Counted from the stretch's first letter, positions 52,202 through 62,785 are shown. The stretch: DNA of 64,000 bases from Candidatus Rifleibacterium sp. (GCA_035352635.1 DAOPYA010000003.1:21506-85505); one strand, 5' to 3'. Program-made: numbers and translations. Notes: generated by a model from the letters alone, not told the origin.

Positions 52202-53476
52202 CTACTGCCTCGCATTATCAACTTCGTCGACCGGAACGATTCGATAGACCTGGTCATTCTCGCGCACGATGCCCGCGAGCTTAACACCGACCAGCGAATC
52301 TTTTTTTGCACATTGCACTGGTTTAAAGGCTTCTTCGATCGATTCGACCCTGATGCTGACCACACCAGTGGCCGAACCCTGAAACATCAGTTCGTCGCCG
52401 CAGGCAAAGCCAGCCCCTTCAACCCTGATTTCAGCAACCATTACCTTGCGGAAAAAATTGGTTACCACACCCACATGCACCTTGCGATGTGTTGCTTTTG
52501 AGCCGTTGCCACCGGTCCATTGCGAAATCTGCCGGCCAAAAAAGAAGCCTTCAGAAAAACCCCGATGAAACACTGAATCAAGCCTGGTCATCAGTTGTTT
52601 TTTCAGGTCGGCGAGTCGAACGGCAAAATCGGGTTCGCGGCGGTGATCGTAATAAAAATCAATAAACTGCCGGTAACAAGCGGTAACAACACTTACATAC
52701 TCAGGGCTGCGCCCCCGCCCCTCAATTTTAAGGCTGTTAACCCCGGCCGCCAGTATCTGGTCGAGAAAAGGCAAAGAACACAGATCTTTCGGACTCATCA
52801 CGTAATCCTGGCCCAGCAAAAATTCTTTGCCCTCGCGCACGTCTTTGATGAGGTATTCACGGCGGCACGGTTGCCGGCATTCACCACGGTTTGCTGAGGC
52901 ATCGAACCCGAACTGTGACATGAAGCAACGGCCGCTCACCGAAACGCACATGGCGCCGTGTGCAAAAACTTCCAGCTCAATATTTTCGGCTTCAGAACCA
53001 AGCCTGGCGGCGAGCTGCCCCCTGATCTGCACGATTTCATCAAGAGTACATTCTCGAGCCAGCACAAAGCGCCTGACACCAAACTGCCGGTAAAGAAACA
53101 GCAGAGAGGCCGAATTGGCAACCGACATCTGGGTTGACACAAAAACCGCCACCCGGTGCCGCAACGCCAGCTCTAAAATAGCGAAATCCCAGCAGATAAT
53201 CGCATCAACGCCAGCGGCAGCCGCAGCCGCAACGAGATTTTCCGCCAATTCCAGCTCGCGATCAAAAACGATGGTATTCAGAGCCAGATAGGCTTTCGCA
53301 CCGCCGGCATGGCAAAGAGAAGCGATGGTCACCATGTCTTCAACCGCAAAGTTACGGGCGCTGGCCCGCATATTCATCGAAACAACCCCGAAATAAACAG
53401 CGTCCGCCCCGGCATCCAGCGCGGCTCGAAGGCTGGTCATATCGCCAGCCGGCGCCATCAGCTCAGGTTTTTTCAT
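52202..53476 (-). CDS. peptidase U32 family protein (PrtC/RlhA/TrhP-like)
   Basis: N-terminus MKKPELMAPAGDMTSLRAALDAGADAVYFGV plus conserved internal Cys. Start at Met9 of the track ORF. Confidence 0.8.
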   Translation of the reverse strand: MKKPELMAPAGDMTSLRAALDAGADAVYFGVVSMNMRASARNFAVEDMVTIASLCHAGGAKAYLALNTIVFDRELELAENLVAAAAAAGVDAIICWDFAILELALRHRVAVFVSTQMSVANSASLLFLYRQFGVRRFVLARECTLDEIVQIRGQLAARLGSEAENIELEVFAHGAMCVSVSGRCFMSQFGFDASANRGECRQPCRREYLIKDVREGKEFLLGQDYVMSPKDLCSLPFLDQILAAGVNSLKIEGRGRSPEYVSVVTACYRQFIDFYYDHRREPDFAVRLADLKKQLMTRLDSVFHRGFSEGFFFGRQISQWTGGNGSKATHRKVHVGVVTNFFRKVMVAEIRVEGAGFACGDELMFQGSATGVVSIRVESIEEAFKPVQCAKKDSLVGVKLAGIVRENDQVYRIVPVDEVDNARQ

Positions 53477-53635
53477 TGGCCCGGTGTTATTATGCTGCAT
53501 GCTGCTAAGACTAACATGTTAATGGCGATTTTTCATCCATCAAACTGCCCGACCACAGATGGGTGGAATTTTTTAAAGCAGAATAGTATAATGCGAATTC
53601 AATGGGTTTCATTTTCTTGCAGGTGAGGTGTTGAG

Positions 53636-53950
53636 ATGATAAGAACTGAAAATCAGAAGCAGTTATCAGAACTTATCGTTCAAGCGCTGTCAGACGAAAG
53701 CATCAAGCTGGCAGAGCCACTGAACGATTTTGAAATACAGGTATTTTCAGCGACCATCGACCGTCTGCTTACCGAAGACACCTTGCCGGAGCTATCGGAA
53801 CTAGCTATCGAGCCAAGGCGCATCATCACGCTGCTGCAGACTGACAAACTTTCTGCCGAACACGAAAAACAGGCCCGACAGACCCTGAGACGCTTCAGGG
53901 AAGTAATCATCAATCTTTCGGCTGAGCCAGAATTGAAGGTCCTGAACTGA
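53636..53950 (+). CDS. small hypothetical protein, translationally coupled to the cyclase
   Basis: 104 aa, predicted helical, no motif. Its stop TGA abuts the cyclase ATG. Confidence 0.35.
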   Translation: MIRTENQKQLSELIVQALSDESIKLAEPLNDFEIQVFSATIDRLLTEDTLPELSELAIEPRRIITLLQTDKLSAEHEKQARQTLRRFREVIINLSAEPELKVLN

Positions 53951-53951
53951 T

Positions 53952-55238
53952 ATGCCCCCTTCCGTAAAATCACAGAATCTGTCGATAATGATGACCGATA
54001 TCCAGGGATACTCGGCTGCCGTGGCCGAAGCCAGCCGCGAAGAAGTGGTAACCCTGATCAGAAGACACAACAAATTGATGCGCCCGGTCATCGAATTTTA
54101 TCGCGGCACCATCATCAAATCAATTGGCGACGCTTTCCTGTGCACTTTTCCCAGCGCGACCGACGCGGTAATCTGCGCCATTATCATTCAACTGCTTCTC
54201 AAAGAATACAACCAACGTATGCCTGACAAAGCGACCAATCTCAACTTGCGCATTGTCGTCAACTCAGGCGACGTAACGCTCGAACAGGGCGACATTTTTG
54301 GCAACGCCGTCAATATAACCGCCCGCATGGAAGCACTCGACTGCTTTCCGGGCGGGTCGATCGGCATCAGCGAATCTACTCACCTGCTCATGGATCGCAC
54401 CGAAATCGTCGCCGACAAAATCGGGGCCAAAACCCTCAAGGGAGTACCAGAACCGGTCACGGTCTATCAGGTACCTCTTGAAAAACAAAAACTGAACAAA
54501 CTGCCGATGCATCTGCTGACTCTCGTTGAAAAGGTCGTTAATTCAGACGATCTCGACTCAGACTCATCTGATGGCAACGCCAGGCTTAACGAGTGGGCAC
54601 AGTCGGTTGGCAGCTTTCTAAAACAGACCAACTGGGGCGACAACCTCAACAAAGCAACCAGGCAGATCGGCAACTTGCAGCAATCGCTGGCCAAAACTTT
54701 CGGAAAAAAGACCATTCTCGATAAAAAGCAGGAATTTAACGATGCCTCGCTCGCAAAACGAATCAAGAGCAGCCTCATCGACATCGTCATTCTGCTGGCC
54801 TTCGCGATGGCATTGCGAGGTCTCTGGTGGCCAGTGCATCGCATCGTTTACGGGCCAACGACCGTCAGCGCCTGGAACGAAATAACCGGCGAGACTGCCA
54901 GCTGGTCAAGTGAGCACATCGATGGCAAGACAATCATAACCAGAAAAATGGGCATCGCAGAATGGATCATCAACTTTAATGTCAATTTCCCCATTCTGAT
55001 CTTCTGGTTATATTTCGCCATCTTCTGGAAATTTCGCCATGCAAGCCCTGGGCAAATAGCAACTGGCACCGCTGTTGTCGATGAAAACGGCAACCCCGAC
55101 CTGCCGGTAATTCTCGTTTTTAAACGCAGCGCAATTTATGTCGTCTCAACCCTCAGCATAATCGGCAATTTTGCCATTTTTGTCGGTGACCGGCAAACCC
55201 TGCACGATAAAATATGTTCAACCCGAGTGGTTGAATAA
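53952..55238 (+). CDS. class III adenylate/guanylate cyclase domain fused to C-terminal RDD-family membrane domain
   Basis: CYC domain IMMTDIQGYS...IKSIGDAFLCTFPS...GNAVNITARMEAL. The C-terminal TM region carries KFRHASPGQIATGTAVVDENG (RDD signature). Confidence 0.75.
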   Translation: MPPSVKSQNLSIMMTDIQGYSAAVAEASREEVVTLIRRHNKLMRPVIEFYRGTIIKSIGDAFLCTFPSATDAVICAIIIQLLLKEYNQRMPDKATNLNLRIVVNSGDVTLEQGDIFGNAVNITARMEALDCFPGGSIGISESTHLLMDRTEIVADKIGAKTLKGVPEPVTVYQVPLEKQKLNKLPMHLLTLVEKVVNSDDLDSDSSDGNARLNEWAQSVGSFLKQTNWGDNLNKATRQIGNLQQSLAKTFGKKTILDKKQEFNDASLAKRIKSSLIDIVILLAFAMALRGLWWPVHRIVYGPTTVSAWNEITGETASWSSEHIDGKTIITRKMGIAEWIINFNVNFPILIFWLYFAIFWKFRHASPGQIATGTAVVDENGNPDLPVILVFKRSAIYVVSTLSIIGNFAIFVGDRQTLHDKICSTRVVE

Positions 55239-55438
55239 TTTGCATAAAATTTGTAACCACCCGACAAGCCAGGCACACCGGGCGCAATATTAAGCACCGA
55301 CGCAGGTGTACCTTGCCCGAACGGTAATAATGGCTTATCTTCAGGTCAGGTTATATCGCCTGTCGAAATTCGACAGAGATGAACAAAACGGCGTTGTCAT
55401 CGCCATACCTGCATGACAGACTTTGCAAAAACTTTTTC

Positions 55439-55470
55439 ATTGCTGCCCCCGGGCAGCAATTTTTCTTTTG
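55439..55470 (+). terminator. rho-independent terminator after the cyclase-RDD gene
   Basis: ATTGCTGCC-cccg-GGCAGCAAT followed by TTTTCTTTTGGGG. Confidence 0.55.
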
Positions 55471-55565
55471 GGGCGATTTCCAGTTCAGCGACTAATGGGT
55501 CTGAGATAGTTGACATCCGGGTTAAAATAGAGCAATCATTAGAAAATTAAATTGGAGAAAATGCA

Positions 55566-56306
55566 ATGTTTGAATCAGGAAAAACAGGCTTTTTTATGGC
55601 GATTCCCGCACTGATTATATTAGCTATCGTTCTAACCGCAGGTATGGCTGTGGCCGAACCAATGGTAACCCCGCCCCCGGTCAATGAAAAAATCAACGTT
55701 TTTGCGGTTGTATCAGGCGAAATAGAAACCGCCTGCCATGATGCAGCGACTGCATTGATGAATGAAGAAGCTCTCGAGTCTTTCGCGCTCAAGGGTTATC
55801 AGGTTCATTGCACCCTCTACATGACTCAATACCCGGCCAACAGCCTCGACAAGGTTGCTGCGATCGTAACTGACCTTGCCAGCAATACCAGAGAATTCGA
55901 AATACAGAGTACCGGCCTTGAAATTACCAGTGGTAACTGGTTCTTTATGAACCTTGAACGCAACCGCAGTTTGCAGACTTTGTCTGATCAGGTCGTCGAA
56001 AAACTGGCTGCTTTGCGCCACCCGTCGAATTTTGTTCCAGAATGGGCTAAAGACAACGCGACCAAAGTCGAATACATCACCAAATATGGCAGCCCGAATG
56101 TTTATGCCGAATTCAACCCGCACCTGACACTGCTTGCCCAATCAGATGGCAGCAAACTGCAGCGATTTATGCAGAAACACGCCACCGACACCTTCAACAA
56201 GCCAATTACTGGCAGAGTAGTTGCAGTGGGTCTCGGCATCGCCGATCGCGATGGCCAGATGCAAACACCTTATAAGATTCTGCCGTTGCAGCCAGCGGGC
56301 AAATAA
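55566..56306 (+). CDS. secreted 2H phosphoesterase superfamily protein (LigT/cyclic phosphodiesterase-like)
   Basis: Signal peptide FFMAIPALIILAIVLTAGMAVA and two H-x-T-x motifs (VHCTLYM and PHLTLLA) at 2H-family spacing. Confidence 0.55.
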   Translation: MFESGKTGFFMAIPALIILAIVLTAGMAVAEPMVTPPPVNEKINVFAVVSGEIETACHDAATALMNEEALESFALKGYQVHCTLYMTQYPANSLDKVAAIVTDLASNTREFEIQSTGLEITSGNWFFMNLERNRSLQTLSDQVVEKLAALRHPSNFVPEWAKDNATKVEYITKYGSPNVYAEFNPHLTLLAQSDGSKLQRFMQKHATDTFNKPITGRVVAVGLGIADRDGQMQTPYKILPLQPAGK

Positions 56307-56326
56307 GAGTCGCTCCGGTATCAGAT

Positions 56327-59300
56327 TCAACGCGACAATTTTTCGCCGATTTCCATGATCAGATCATAGAGAACCGGTATTACTACCATGGTCATGATCG
56401 TGCCGAACAGCAGTCCGGCGGCGGCAACCACCCCAAGGGGCGACATGCGTTCAAGGCCAACTGCCTGCTCGAGAATCAGCGGAATAAGACCGAGTATGGT
56501 TGACAACGTCGTGATGAGAATGGGTCGCAATCGTGTTTTTACCGATTCATCAAGAGCCACGCGGCGCGAAGTTCCTTCTTTTACGGCATTATCAATAAAG
56601 TCGATCAGAATGATGGCATTATTGACAATCGTGCCCCCAAGCAGAATCACCCCCATCATGGCGGGCATGCACATTGGCTTGTCAAAGATCAGCAATCCCC
56701 ACAAAGCCCCAATAAGCGAAAGCGGTATAGTTGCCATTACCAGCACAGGGCGCCACCAGTTCTCAAAGAGCAGATAGAGAACGACGTAGAGCATAATAAA
56801 GCCAAACCCGAGAACCTTGGCGAGTCGCCGGGCTGTTTCGCCCATATCAGTCATGGTGCCACTCAATTCAACCTGGTAGCCCCGCGGCAGGGTGATTCCT
56901 GCCAAGACCTGTTCAACATCACCTGCAACTGCCGAAAGTGGCCTGACAGAGTTCAAGCCGGTTATGTTAATAGTTTCGGAAAGATTTTCGCGGGTTACCA
57001 GAGTAGGCGCGAGAACCTGCTTTGAGACACCGAGCGAGCCAAGAAAAAGTTCACCAGCCGGCCCTGGCATTACAAGTTCGCCGATATCTCGCCCCCAGCG
57101 GGCGCCGGCTACGCCAATTTCTGCACGAACCGGCAGATCGACAAAACCCTGCATCTTCAGAAAGCCTGGCTGGCGGCCAGAGAGAGTCAGGCCAAGAAAT
57201 TCACCAATATCGGTTGGCATCAACTGATAACGCCCGGTGATATTGAGATCTGGGGTAAAATGGGTTTCGGGCTTACTTTTTGCCCAGGTAAAACGCAGAT
57301 CCTGCAGGCCATCGATCTTGCGCAACCTGGCGTCAATTCCTTCAGCCAGCCGATACAGAACCTCAGGATCACGACCGCTGACAAGCACATCAATCGGCGC
57401 ACGCGTCGTAGCCATGGGGGTCGCTCCATATTCAGAAACCGAGAACGATTGCAACTCCGGAATCCGGCTAAAACTGGCACGCCAGTCCTGCATGATTTCC
57501 CAGATCGATACGCTGCGAAGATCGCGGGTTGTAAGACGCACCTGCATATCAACCTGCTGCAGCAATTGGCCACCGGCGCCAAAGCTCACCTGGCCGGGCT
57601 CAGAACCAGCAACGGTCGAAATGCTTAAAACATGCTGATTGCTTCTGACAATGCTTTCAATTTTGCTGATGCTGGCCGCCACTTCGTCAAGAGTCATAGA
57701 AGGCGGCAAATCCGCCTTTATGACCACCATGCCGGTATCCATACGTGGCATCAGTTCACGACCAACCAATGGCAGAACCGTGCGAGCGCTGATTGCCAGA
57801 AGAGCGAAACAGCCAAGAAGCAGCGGAACCCGTGCCTTAAGGCCGAGATGCAGCAAGCTAAGATAGATATTGGTCACCGACTCGAGCAACCAGTCAATCA
57901 GTCGATAAAACCATGGCTTGCGGCTGCCCTGGGAGGCGGTTTCTTCGGGTAAAGCCCCCCTGTTCTTGTTGAAGCGGTTGAGCAATATCGGCACAATGGT
58001 CATTGAAGCGAGGAACGAGCCAATGAGGGTCGCCGAGATGGTCATGGTCAAAGGTCGCAAGACCTGCTGCACGTAGCCCCCGACAAACATAATCGGAATC
58101 ATGACCACTACGGTTGTCAGCATGCCGCCGAAAACAGAAAACATGACTTCACCGGTGCCTCTGGTGACCTGATCATTGCTAGAGGGGTTAATATCAAAGT
58201 GGCGTTGAACGTTTTCTACGACGACTATCGAAGCATCGACCACCATACCCACCGCGATGATCAGGCCCGAAAGCGTTACCATATTCAGGGTGAACGGCGT
58301 AAAATATAAAAAGGCGAAAGCTGAAAGAAACGAAAGGGGGATTGAAACCCCGACTACCATTGAAGCTTTGAAGTTCTGCAGCAGAATTAAAACTACCAGC
58401 ATGGTCAACCAGACCGACGAGAACAATGCTTCTTTCATGCCAATAACATTGACGCTTATAATCGGTTCCTGGTCGGTCGTGATCGCGAAGTCAACTTCTG
58501 GAAACCTTTTCTGAAGGTCAGGCAGAGATTTTTTTACACTGTTGAGACCATCAACAGCGAAGCCATTCTCGGGCTTGAGAATATTCAGAGCTATGGCCGG
58601 CGAGGCGTTGCCGTGATAAATACTGCGTGGTGTTTTAATACCCAGAGAAACCGAGGCAACATCCCCAAGACTGATGATTCCGCCAGACTGAACTCTGACT
58701 GGTAGAGATTCAAGTTCGTCAGGCGTTAAAGCTTCGTGAATGGTCTTCACCAGCGATTCCCGACCGCCGGTTTCAAGATAACCCCCGGGAAGAGAAGTGT
58801 TCTGGGCGCCGATTGCCTTGAGAATCTGAGCCGGGGGTATTTTAAACTGGCGCAGTTTCTCGATATCGAGGCGCACCAGAACCTGTGGTTCATTGGCGCC
58901 AAAAACATCGACGCGCCCAATGCCTGGTTGTCGCAGCAATTCTTCCCTGATATCGTTTTCGGCGAGCAGTCTGATGGCCTTAAGATCAAGTGTTGAACCA
59001 GCGGCAGGCCTGAGGGCCAGCGTCACCACCGGGCGATTGGCATCGGTTACCCTGAAAAATTGCGTTGGCTGGGTTCCAGAAGGGAAACTGCCGGTAACCC
59101 GGTTAACGGCATTGATAACATCGGTCATGGCACCAGCCATCTCGGTGCCATAATCAAACTGGGCGTTGACCGACGAAACTTCATCACGCGAGGTCGAAAC
59201 GACCTTAACTATGCCTTTCAGCCCTTTCAGTTCGCGATCAATCAAAGTAGTGACCCGGCGATTTACATCAGCGGCCGAAGCACCGCGCACCACGGTCATG

Positions 59301-59440
59301 GCCACTACCTGGGGGGGCATGGTATCTGGGAACAGATCGATGGGCATGAAGTTGTAAGATAGAATGCCGATGGCGCCAACCAGCAACCAGAAGGCAATCG
59401 ACCAGGCCGGACGCTCAATCACCGCTTTGATGATATTCAT
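56327..59440 (-). CDS. RND efflux transporter permease (AcrB/HAE family)
   Basis: 1037 aa with 12 TM and two large periplasmic loops, colinear with AcrB. Confidence 0.9.
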   Translation of the reverse strand: MNIIKAVIERPAWSIAFWLLVGAIGILSYNFMPIDLFPDTMPPQVVAMTVVRGASAADVNRRVTTLIDRELKGLKGIVKVVSTSRDEVSSVNAQFDYGTEMAGAMTDVINAVNRVTGSFPSGTQPTQFFRVTDANRPVVTLALRPAAGSTLDLKAIRLLAENDIREELLRQPGIGRVDVFGANEPQVLVRLDIEKLRQFKIPPAQILKAIGAQNTSLPGGYLETGGRESLVKTIHEALTPDELESLPVRVQSGGIISLGDVASVSLGIKTPRSIYHGNASPAIALNILKPENGFAVDGLNSVKKSLPDLQKRFPEVDFAITTDQEPIISVNVIGMKEALFSSVWLTMLVVLILLQNFKASMVVGVSIPLSFLSAFAFLYFTPFTLNMVTLSGLIIAVGMVVDASIVVVENVQRHFDINPSSNDQVTRGTGEVMFSVFGGMLTTVVVMIPIMFVGGYVQQVLRPLTMTISATLIGSFLASMTIVPILLNRFNKNRGALPEETASQGSRKPWFYRLIDWLLESVTNIYLSLLHLGLKARVPLLLGCFALLAISARTVLPLVGRELMPRMDTGMVVIKADLPPSMTLDEVAASISKIESIVRSNQHVLSISTVAGSEPGQVSFGAGGQLLQQVDMQVRLTTRDLRSVSIWEIMQDWRASFSRIPELQSFSVSEYGATPMATTRAPIDVLVSGRDPEVLYRLAEGIDARLRKIDGLQDLRFTWAKSKPETHFTPDLNITGRYQLMPTDIGEFLGLTLSGRQPGFLKMQGFVDLPVRAEIGVAGARWGRDIGELVMPGPAGELFLGSLGVSKQVLAPTLVTRENLSETINITGLNSVRPLSAVAGDVEQVLAGITLPRGYQVELSGTMTDMGETARRLAKVLGFGFIMLYVVLYLLFENWWRPVLVMATIPLSLIGALWGLLIFDKPMCMPAMMGVILLGGTIVNNAIILIDFIDNAVKEGTSRRVALDESVKTRLRPILITTLSTILGLIPLILEQAVGLERMSPLGVVAAAGLLFGTIMTMVVIPVLYDLIMEIGEKLSR

Positions 59441-60684
59441 CTGATTACCTCAACGGCAAAAGACGCTGGCAGACGGATATTTTCGAGATAAGAACCAATA
59501 GCCAGCTCAGTTCCGACCGGAACAATATCGTCGGAAAGCAGTGTCAGACCATCGTCACCATTAAGAAGCGGGGTAACCGGCACTCTGGTGGCCCATGAAT
59601 CCTTTACCAGATAGACAAAGCGCTGCTTCGGGTTGTTAAAATCAATAAAGCAGGCCTGTTCAGAAACCACGCTGCCCTCGCCCTGCTCGATGACGATGCG
59701 CACCGGAATTTGCATATCATAAACAAGACCTGTGCAGGTTTGCCTGGTCTCAGCCTCGATGGTCACCTGCCGCAATTCATTCTGCACCGGGAAAATTCGG
59801 CTGACCACGAAGCGGCTGGCAACATCGCCCCTGATTATAACCGCCTGGCCGGAGGCAACACGCCTGACAGATTCTTGCGGAATCTGCATGATCAGGCGGG
59901 TATGTGAATTATCTTCGATAACATAGACTGTAGTACCGGGCATAACACGGTTTCCAGCTTCCTGAAGTCTCGCTGAAATTATGCCATCGACGGGTGAAAT
60001 AATTTCAGAGTAATCACGGCGGACTTTCCAGAGCATGACATCTTTTTCGCTGGCTTTTTTTTGAGACATCAGAGCCTCTACCTGGGCCTTCTGTGCTTCA
60101 ATCTGTGATTTTAGAGAAGCAAGCCGACTTGAAGCTTCGGCATGGCGATTTCGGGTGTTTTCGTATTCAGTCTGGGCAATTGCTCCGGCGTTCAGCAACT
60201 CTTCACTGCGCTTCAATTCATTTGCCCAGAAGGTTGAATTAGTCGTGGCAGCATCGACCTGGCTGGTTAAAACCGCGAGACCGGCCGAAGTAGCAGAAAC
60301 CTGGTTAACCGCAGAATCTTTGCGGGCACTGGCAGCCTGCAACTGCGCGTCCTGTTCCCGGCTGTCGATCAGGCCAATAATCTGGCCAGCCTTAACCGGG
60401 TCGCCTTCACGTAGAGGCAGATTGAGCAGACTGCCCCCCGTTTCGGTTCTAATCTGCACGGTCGCCGCACTTTTTACGGTTGCCAGGGCTGGAATAGAGG
60501 TATTAACGACACCATGGCGTGACACAATAGTCTTAACGGCCAAAGGAACGGCATGAATGGGTTCAGCACCAGCCAGTCTGGTCTGGAGCCGCCGCAAGCC
60601 GACAGCGGCCATCACAATAAAAATTATGCAGCACGCCAGAATCACCAGATAGTTATAAATACGCTGATTTTTGATTGCGGTCAT
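59437..60684 (-). CDS. RND efflux periplasmic adaptor (membrane fusion protein)
   Basis: N-terminal TM, coiled-coil and lipoyl/beta-barrel segments (GDPVKAGQIIGLIDSRE). Start at ATG 60684 with an AAGGAG RBS, 2 nt after the tetR stop; the track ORF would overlap tetR. Confidence 0.8.
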   Translation of the reverse strand: MTAIKNQRIYNYLVILACCIIFIVMAAVGLRRLQTRLAGAEPIHAVPLAVKTIVSRHGVVNTSIPALATVKSAATVQIRTETGGSLLNLPLREGDPVKAGQIIGLIDSREQDAQLQAASARKDSAVNQVSATSAGLAVLTSQVDAATTNSTFWANELKRSEELLNAGAIAQTEYENTRNRHAEASSRLASLKSQIEAQKAQVEALMSQKKASEKDVMLWKVRRDYSEIISPVDGIISARLQEAGNRVMPGTTVYVIEDNSHTRLIMQIPQESVRRVASGQAVIIRGDVASRFVVSRIFPVQNELRQVTIEAETRQTCTGLVYDMQIPVRIVIEQGEGSVVSEQACFIDFNNPKQRFVYLVKDSWATRVPVTPLLNGDDGLTLLSDDIVPVGTELAIGSYLENIRLPASFAVEVIR

Positions 60685-60686
60685 GG

Positions 60687-61286
60687 TCAGGCTCCTTTCG
60701 CTGACAGCAGCTGATAAAAGAAATCGGTCAGGGTCTCGGCAAGCTCTACCAAACCATCTTCCTGTTGCTGCATGGTCCATCTGATTACAGTCGTCTGCAA
60801 AAGCCCGACAACACAAGAAGCCGTAGCTTCAACATCGAGATGCCCCGGCAGTTCTCCGGTGGCGACAGCAGTTGTAAAAATTTCGACTACCGTGTTCCGC
60901 AAAAAAGCAAGGCTAGTGCGCAGCTTTTCGAGCATGCGTGAATTCTCGGGCCTGATGGCTTCTGAGAAAAACAACAGAGGGTTGAGCTGGCGATCAATCA
61001 GGTGATGAATGTGCAGGTTTGCAAGCTGGCGCAATTTTTCGCGGCAGGGCACTTTAAGAACGATGAGTTCTTCAAGAGCCAGACGCCATGGAACAAACAA
61101 CGAGTCAAGCAGCCCGAGAATCAATTCTTCTTTGCTTTCAAAATGGCGATAAATTGCAGCTTCACTGATACCGACCTGGCTCGCAACGACCCGAATCGAG
61201 AAGTTGTTGAAACCTTCGGTAAAAATGATATTCCGGGTTATCGCGAGAATCTCAATTTTGCGCTGTTCACCAGTTTTTTTGGGCAT
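60687..61286 (-). CDS. TetR/AcrR-family transcriptional repressor
   Basis: HTH FSIRVVASQVGISEAAIYRHFESKEEL. It is the first gene of the efflux operon. Confidence 0.85.
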   Translation of the reverse strand: MPKKTGEQRKIEILAITRNIIFTEGFNNFSIRVVASQVGISEAAIYRHFESKEELILGLLDSLFVPWRLALEELIVLKVPCREKLRQLANLHIHHLIDRQLNPLLFFSEAIRPENSRMLEKLRTSLAFLRNTVVEIFTTAVATGELPGHLDVEATASCVVGLLQTTVIRWTMQQQEDGLVELAETLTDFFYQLLSAKGA

Positions 61287-61304
61287 GGCTCCGGCTCCAT
61301 TTTT

Positions 61305-61332
61305 TTAAGTTAGTTAACGTTAACTTAACTAT
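61305..61332. promoter_or_regulatory. putative TetR operator palindrome upstream of tetR-MFP-RND
   Basis: AGTTAACGTTAACT is a 14-bp perfect palindrome (61312-61325) inside TTTTTTTAAGTTAGTTAACGTTAACTTAACTATAAAAAAA, about 20 bp upstream of the tetR start. Confidence 0.45.
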
Positions 61333-61377
61333 AAAAAAATCAGGGCAATTTGTCAAGAGGCTGAGAAATTCAGCAAA

Positions 61378-62688
61378 TTATTGGGTGGCAGGTCGTGCGG
61401 AATGAAGCTCGACTTCGCGATGCGAGAGTTGGTAGAACCAGAGAGCAACGCCCAGAATTCCGATGCCCTGAATTATACAAACCTTATCAGGCGAGAGAAG
61501 ATCGCCAAGGTAGCCAAAAACGAGATAGGCAATCGGGAAGGAAAAACCGATAATTGCCTGCATGGCAGCGAAAAACCGGCCCTTGATTTCGTCATCAACC
61601 ACTTTTTGAAACAGGGTGATGAACTTAACATTGTTTATGCCGAGAGACATGCCGGCCATGAACAGGGCAGAACCAAAAGCCCAGGCGTCTATAAAAAAAC
61701 CTGGAATAAACATGCAGATACCATAAACCAGCATGCTGATGGCGCCGAGTTTGATTGCCCGATGACCTGTTTTAATAAGAGAAGCGGCGAAGGTTCCGAG
61801 CAGAATGCCTACCCAGAGGGATGCTTCGAGCATGCCGAGGGTTGAAGCTTCTGCGTGCAGAACATTCTTGACATACAGCGGAATTACCACCAGCACCGGG
61901 GTCGCAAAAAAGTTCACCAGACCAAAGCCAACCAGCAATGACTTAAGCAACGGAAACCGCTGCCAGTCTATGTTGCCCTGATTGGCATTCGACAGTTGCC
62001 CTGGGGGGGCTTCAACAGGGCCGGGGGTGCCGGACGCGTCTGGCATATCAGGCGCGGCAACCGATTCTGCCCGGGCTTCGCTGGAATGCACCTCTTCAGG
62101 GAATTGAATGGTTAATTCGATCATCGCTGAAATAAAATAGTTCAGCGCCGTCAGTGAAATTAGGAGAGGAATCCCCAGCCAGCCGATCAGCATGGCCCCA
62201 ACTACCGAACCACCGAAACTGGCCAGATACTGCGTAGACGTCTGATAAGCGACCGCCTGTTCGAGTGACTCTTCATCAACCAGCGATGGCAGGCATTTGG
62301 TAACCGCCGGGTTGAAAAACCCCTCAGCAGTGGCAAGCAAAAAACTCAGTAAAAATGCCTGCTTCAGGTCAAGAAGGTTGTTGAAAAGCGAATAGCCTAT
62401 AAAAGTCAGCAGGCAGGTGGTTATCAGATCGCAGCCAACCAGCATTTTTTTAGCCGGCATACGGTCAACCACCCGGCCGATAAAATTACAGAAAAGAAGT
62501 GACGGCAGTGCCCCGGCCACCATAAAAGCACCCAGAGCAAAGCCACCGTGCTCAGGGTAAGTATTCAAAATCCACCAGACAATAGCTATCTGATAGATCT
62601 TGTTTCCCGCCTGGCTGGTTACCTGGCCAAGCCAGAGTTTAAAAAACTGCCGATATCGGAAAAAGAACGGAGTGTGTCTGGCCTGCAT
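61378..62688 (-). CDS. MFS transporter
   Basis: 12 TM; motif A-like GRVVDRMPAKKML. Confidence 0.8.
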   Translation of the reverse strand: MQARHTPFFFRYRQFFKLWLGQVTSQAGNKIYQIAIVWWILNTYPEHGGFALGAFMVAGALPSLLFCNFIGRVVDRMPAKKMLVGCDLITTCLLTFIGYSLFNNLLDLKQAFLLSFLLATAEGFFNPAVTKCLPSLVDEESLEQAVAYQTSTQYLASFGGSVVGAMLIGWLGIPLLISLTALNYFISAMIELTIQFPEEVHSSEARAESVAAPDMPDASGTPGPVEAPPGQLSNANQGNIDWQRFPLLKSLLVGFGLVNFFATPVLVVIPLYVKNVLHAEASTLGMLEASLWVGILLGTFAASLIKTGHRAIKLGAISMLVYGICMFIPGFFIDAWAFGSALFMAGMSLGINNVKFITLFQKVVDDEIKGRFFAAMQAIIGFSFPIAYLVFGYLGDLLSPDKVCIIQGIGILGVALWFYQLSHREVELHSARPATQ

Positions 62689-62785
62689 CGATTAACCCGC
62701 CGATCTGAATAGGAGGCTGAACAACCTCAGTGTATCATATCTAATTCGTGAGCCAATTTCAACCCTGCGAAATGCCTGCCGATGG

